A DNA stretch of 64,000 nucleotides from Ranitomeya imitator (taxonomy: Eukaryota): contig NC_091286.1 in NCBI RefSeq assembly GCF_032444005.1, positions 577,654,001-577,718,000 of the forward strand, in the 5' to 3' direction. Shown piece by piece: positions 62,272 to 64,000 of this stretch (the first letter of the stretch is position 1; each line of letters starts with the position of its first letter). A program made the position numbers and the translations under genes. The notes beneath the pieces were generated by a model, which saw nothing but the letters and a program-made list of their open reading frames with translations, did no database searches and had not been told where the DNA came from.

Positions 62272-63449
62272 GTATATATGTTTTTTTTTTTTTACACATG
62301 GATCCCTTGTATAGCCGTATGTCGGTTTTACAAGCCTGCGATAAAAACACGCAGTACGGATGACATACGGATTACATGCGGAGGATGCCATGCGCAAAAA
62401 ACGCTGAAACACCCTGCCTACGGAGGAGCTATGGACCACTATTTTCGGGACTTTTCAGCGTATTACGGCCGTAATATACGGACCGTATTTTCATACGCTG
62501 AGTGTGAAGCCGGCCTTACTCTCACATTCACGCACTCTCACACTCACTCATTGTCTTCCCCCTCGTCTAGCAGATTCGGCTACATGTAGTGTGAATACTG
62601 TGAATTACATCTCAATCCTAAATAATCTTGATTTACAATTCTCTGTCAGTGTTTTGCAGCTGTTGAGTCCTGCACACATTTCAGCTGGTCTCTAGGAATA
62701 TTCATTGACATTGCTTTATCTCAAATGAAATAATAGTCCCATTTATCACCAATGTGTCTACAAATTTTCAGTTTTCTTCTCCATCAACATTTGCCAAGAA
62801 ACACGTCAGGTTTCATCCAACGTGTCAAAAATATAGAATTTGGGAACCAATTGCACACACTGACAGCATTATAGAAAAAATGGCCTCAAATGGATCACCA
62901 TCTTCAAGGCCGTTGTAATTAACTTGTGAATACCCTTTGTAGACTTTTCCCTGTGCAAATCACTCTTTATTTTGATGGAGGAAAAATAATTTATGTCAGA
63001 ATTCGCTTTACGTTAAATGCTGACGAAGAGTCATCTGGGCGGTGCTGTAGTGCTAAAGAGTAACAGTGTTCTGAAAGTTAGTGCACCTTGAATAATTCCA
63101 CTCTCGGCACAAACAGCACTGACTTCATACTAACCCATGGATAACAGTGAAGGAATGAGCATGCTAAGAGCCAAGAAGTCACTACTTCTCCTCCATAAAG
63201 CATTGTCCATGTGATACCTATTAAATTATTTAGATACAGTGCAATCCAATTTATTTTACCCCTTAAAGTAAGGTTTGATTTCAACAGGACCATGTCTAGA
63301 AAGGCATATATAAATGCTGTACTGCATCATGTCGTCAGATTAATGACTAGAATTCTAGCAACAGGTTCCCTTTAAATAGCAATTTGATAATATATTATCA
63401 TTGTAAATGCAATCGTAAAGCACAAGCCTGCAGGACATTGCCTCTTTAA

Positions 63450-63789
63450 AGGGGTTGTCAGGCTTTAGGCTATAAGGCTGCGTGCTGTGGGGATTCTCTG
63501 GTGCTGGGAGCGGTGGGTGTGTGACTGTAAGACTTTAAGCATGCGATTTGCATACATGAGGTCACCTGCCAACTAGATGAGCGCGGCCTCGCTCAATGCA
63601 AATGAATACTGACTAAGCCGGACAAGTCTAGTTGGAATGTGGCAGAAAGCATGCATATCGGATACCTGCGTCACAAAGGCCGTAAGCTCCCGTTACTGGA
63701 GAATTCTGACAGTGCACGTGTAAGGATTCACAAGTCTGTAGTCACATAGAGTGACTGCAGATTTGTACCCTAAGGCCGGACAACCCCTT
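63450..63789. mobile_element. Kolobok/T2-type MITE
   Basis: TTAAAGGGGTTGTC...GACAACCCCTTTAA; an opposite-orientation relative lies at ~58520-58808. Confidence 0.75.
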
Positions 63790-64000
63790 TAATGCCGAAG
63801 ACAGAGATTTAAAAATGCTTAACCTCAATATTGACTGTATGTGAAACGGTCAGTCCTTCATTTAATTGTACTGTTGATATGTGCCAATCAGACCCCAGAA
63901 GGTACCACAATTTTAGAGACTTATTTCTATAACTCACCTTTGCTATTGTTGCCCTAGGCAGCTGCCTATGCTCCTACCCCTTATAATGGGTAAATTAAAT

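Noticed and set aside
63020-63036. Hammerhead core CTGACGAAGAGTC
   Set aside because: No closing stem II or GAAA follows; at most a truncated relic.

Overview
Eukaryotic, transposon-saturated non-coding DNA, probably from a frog (inferred from the repeat repertoire, not checked). No host gene could be named; only weak candidate exons were seen. The main features are as follows. (1) A decayed, probably retroviral gag start with a RanBP2-type zinc finger runs off the left edge. (2) A near-complete Penelope-like element (PLE; RT plus GIY-YIG) at 2098-7689 has tandem pseudo-LTRs, a hammerhead ribozyme (HHR) in each, a 5' intron and a 15-bp TSD. (3) A young full-length Gypsy element at 14793-22693 has an intact pol, a gag with two stop codons, a tRNA-Ser PBS and a -1 slippery site. 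(4) A non-autonomous LTR element at 25817-30686 uses the same PBS and carries an orphan ORF. (5) Several non-coding fold-back insertions carry intact or decayed HHRs; the best is 44577-46100, with ~665-bp inverted arms, an HHR in each arm and a 14-bp TSD. (6) The rest is solo LTRs, hAT, Harbinger, Kolobok and piggyBac-type non-autonomous elements, a chimeric Tc1 relic, an L2 3' end, a SINE, minisatellites, and a telomere-like fold-back array inside a Harbinger MITE. The most interesting signal is a local set of HHR-bearing, ORF-less PLE-type elements next to a possible autonomous helper. All coordinates and mismatch counts were read by eye.
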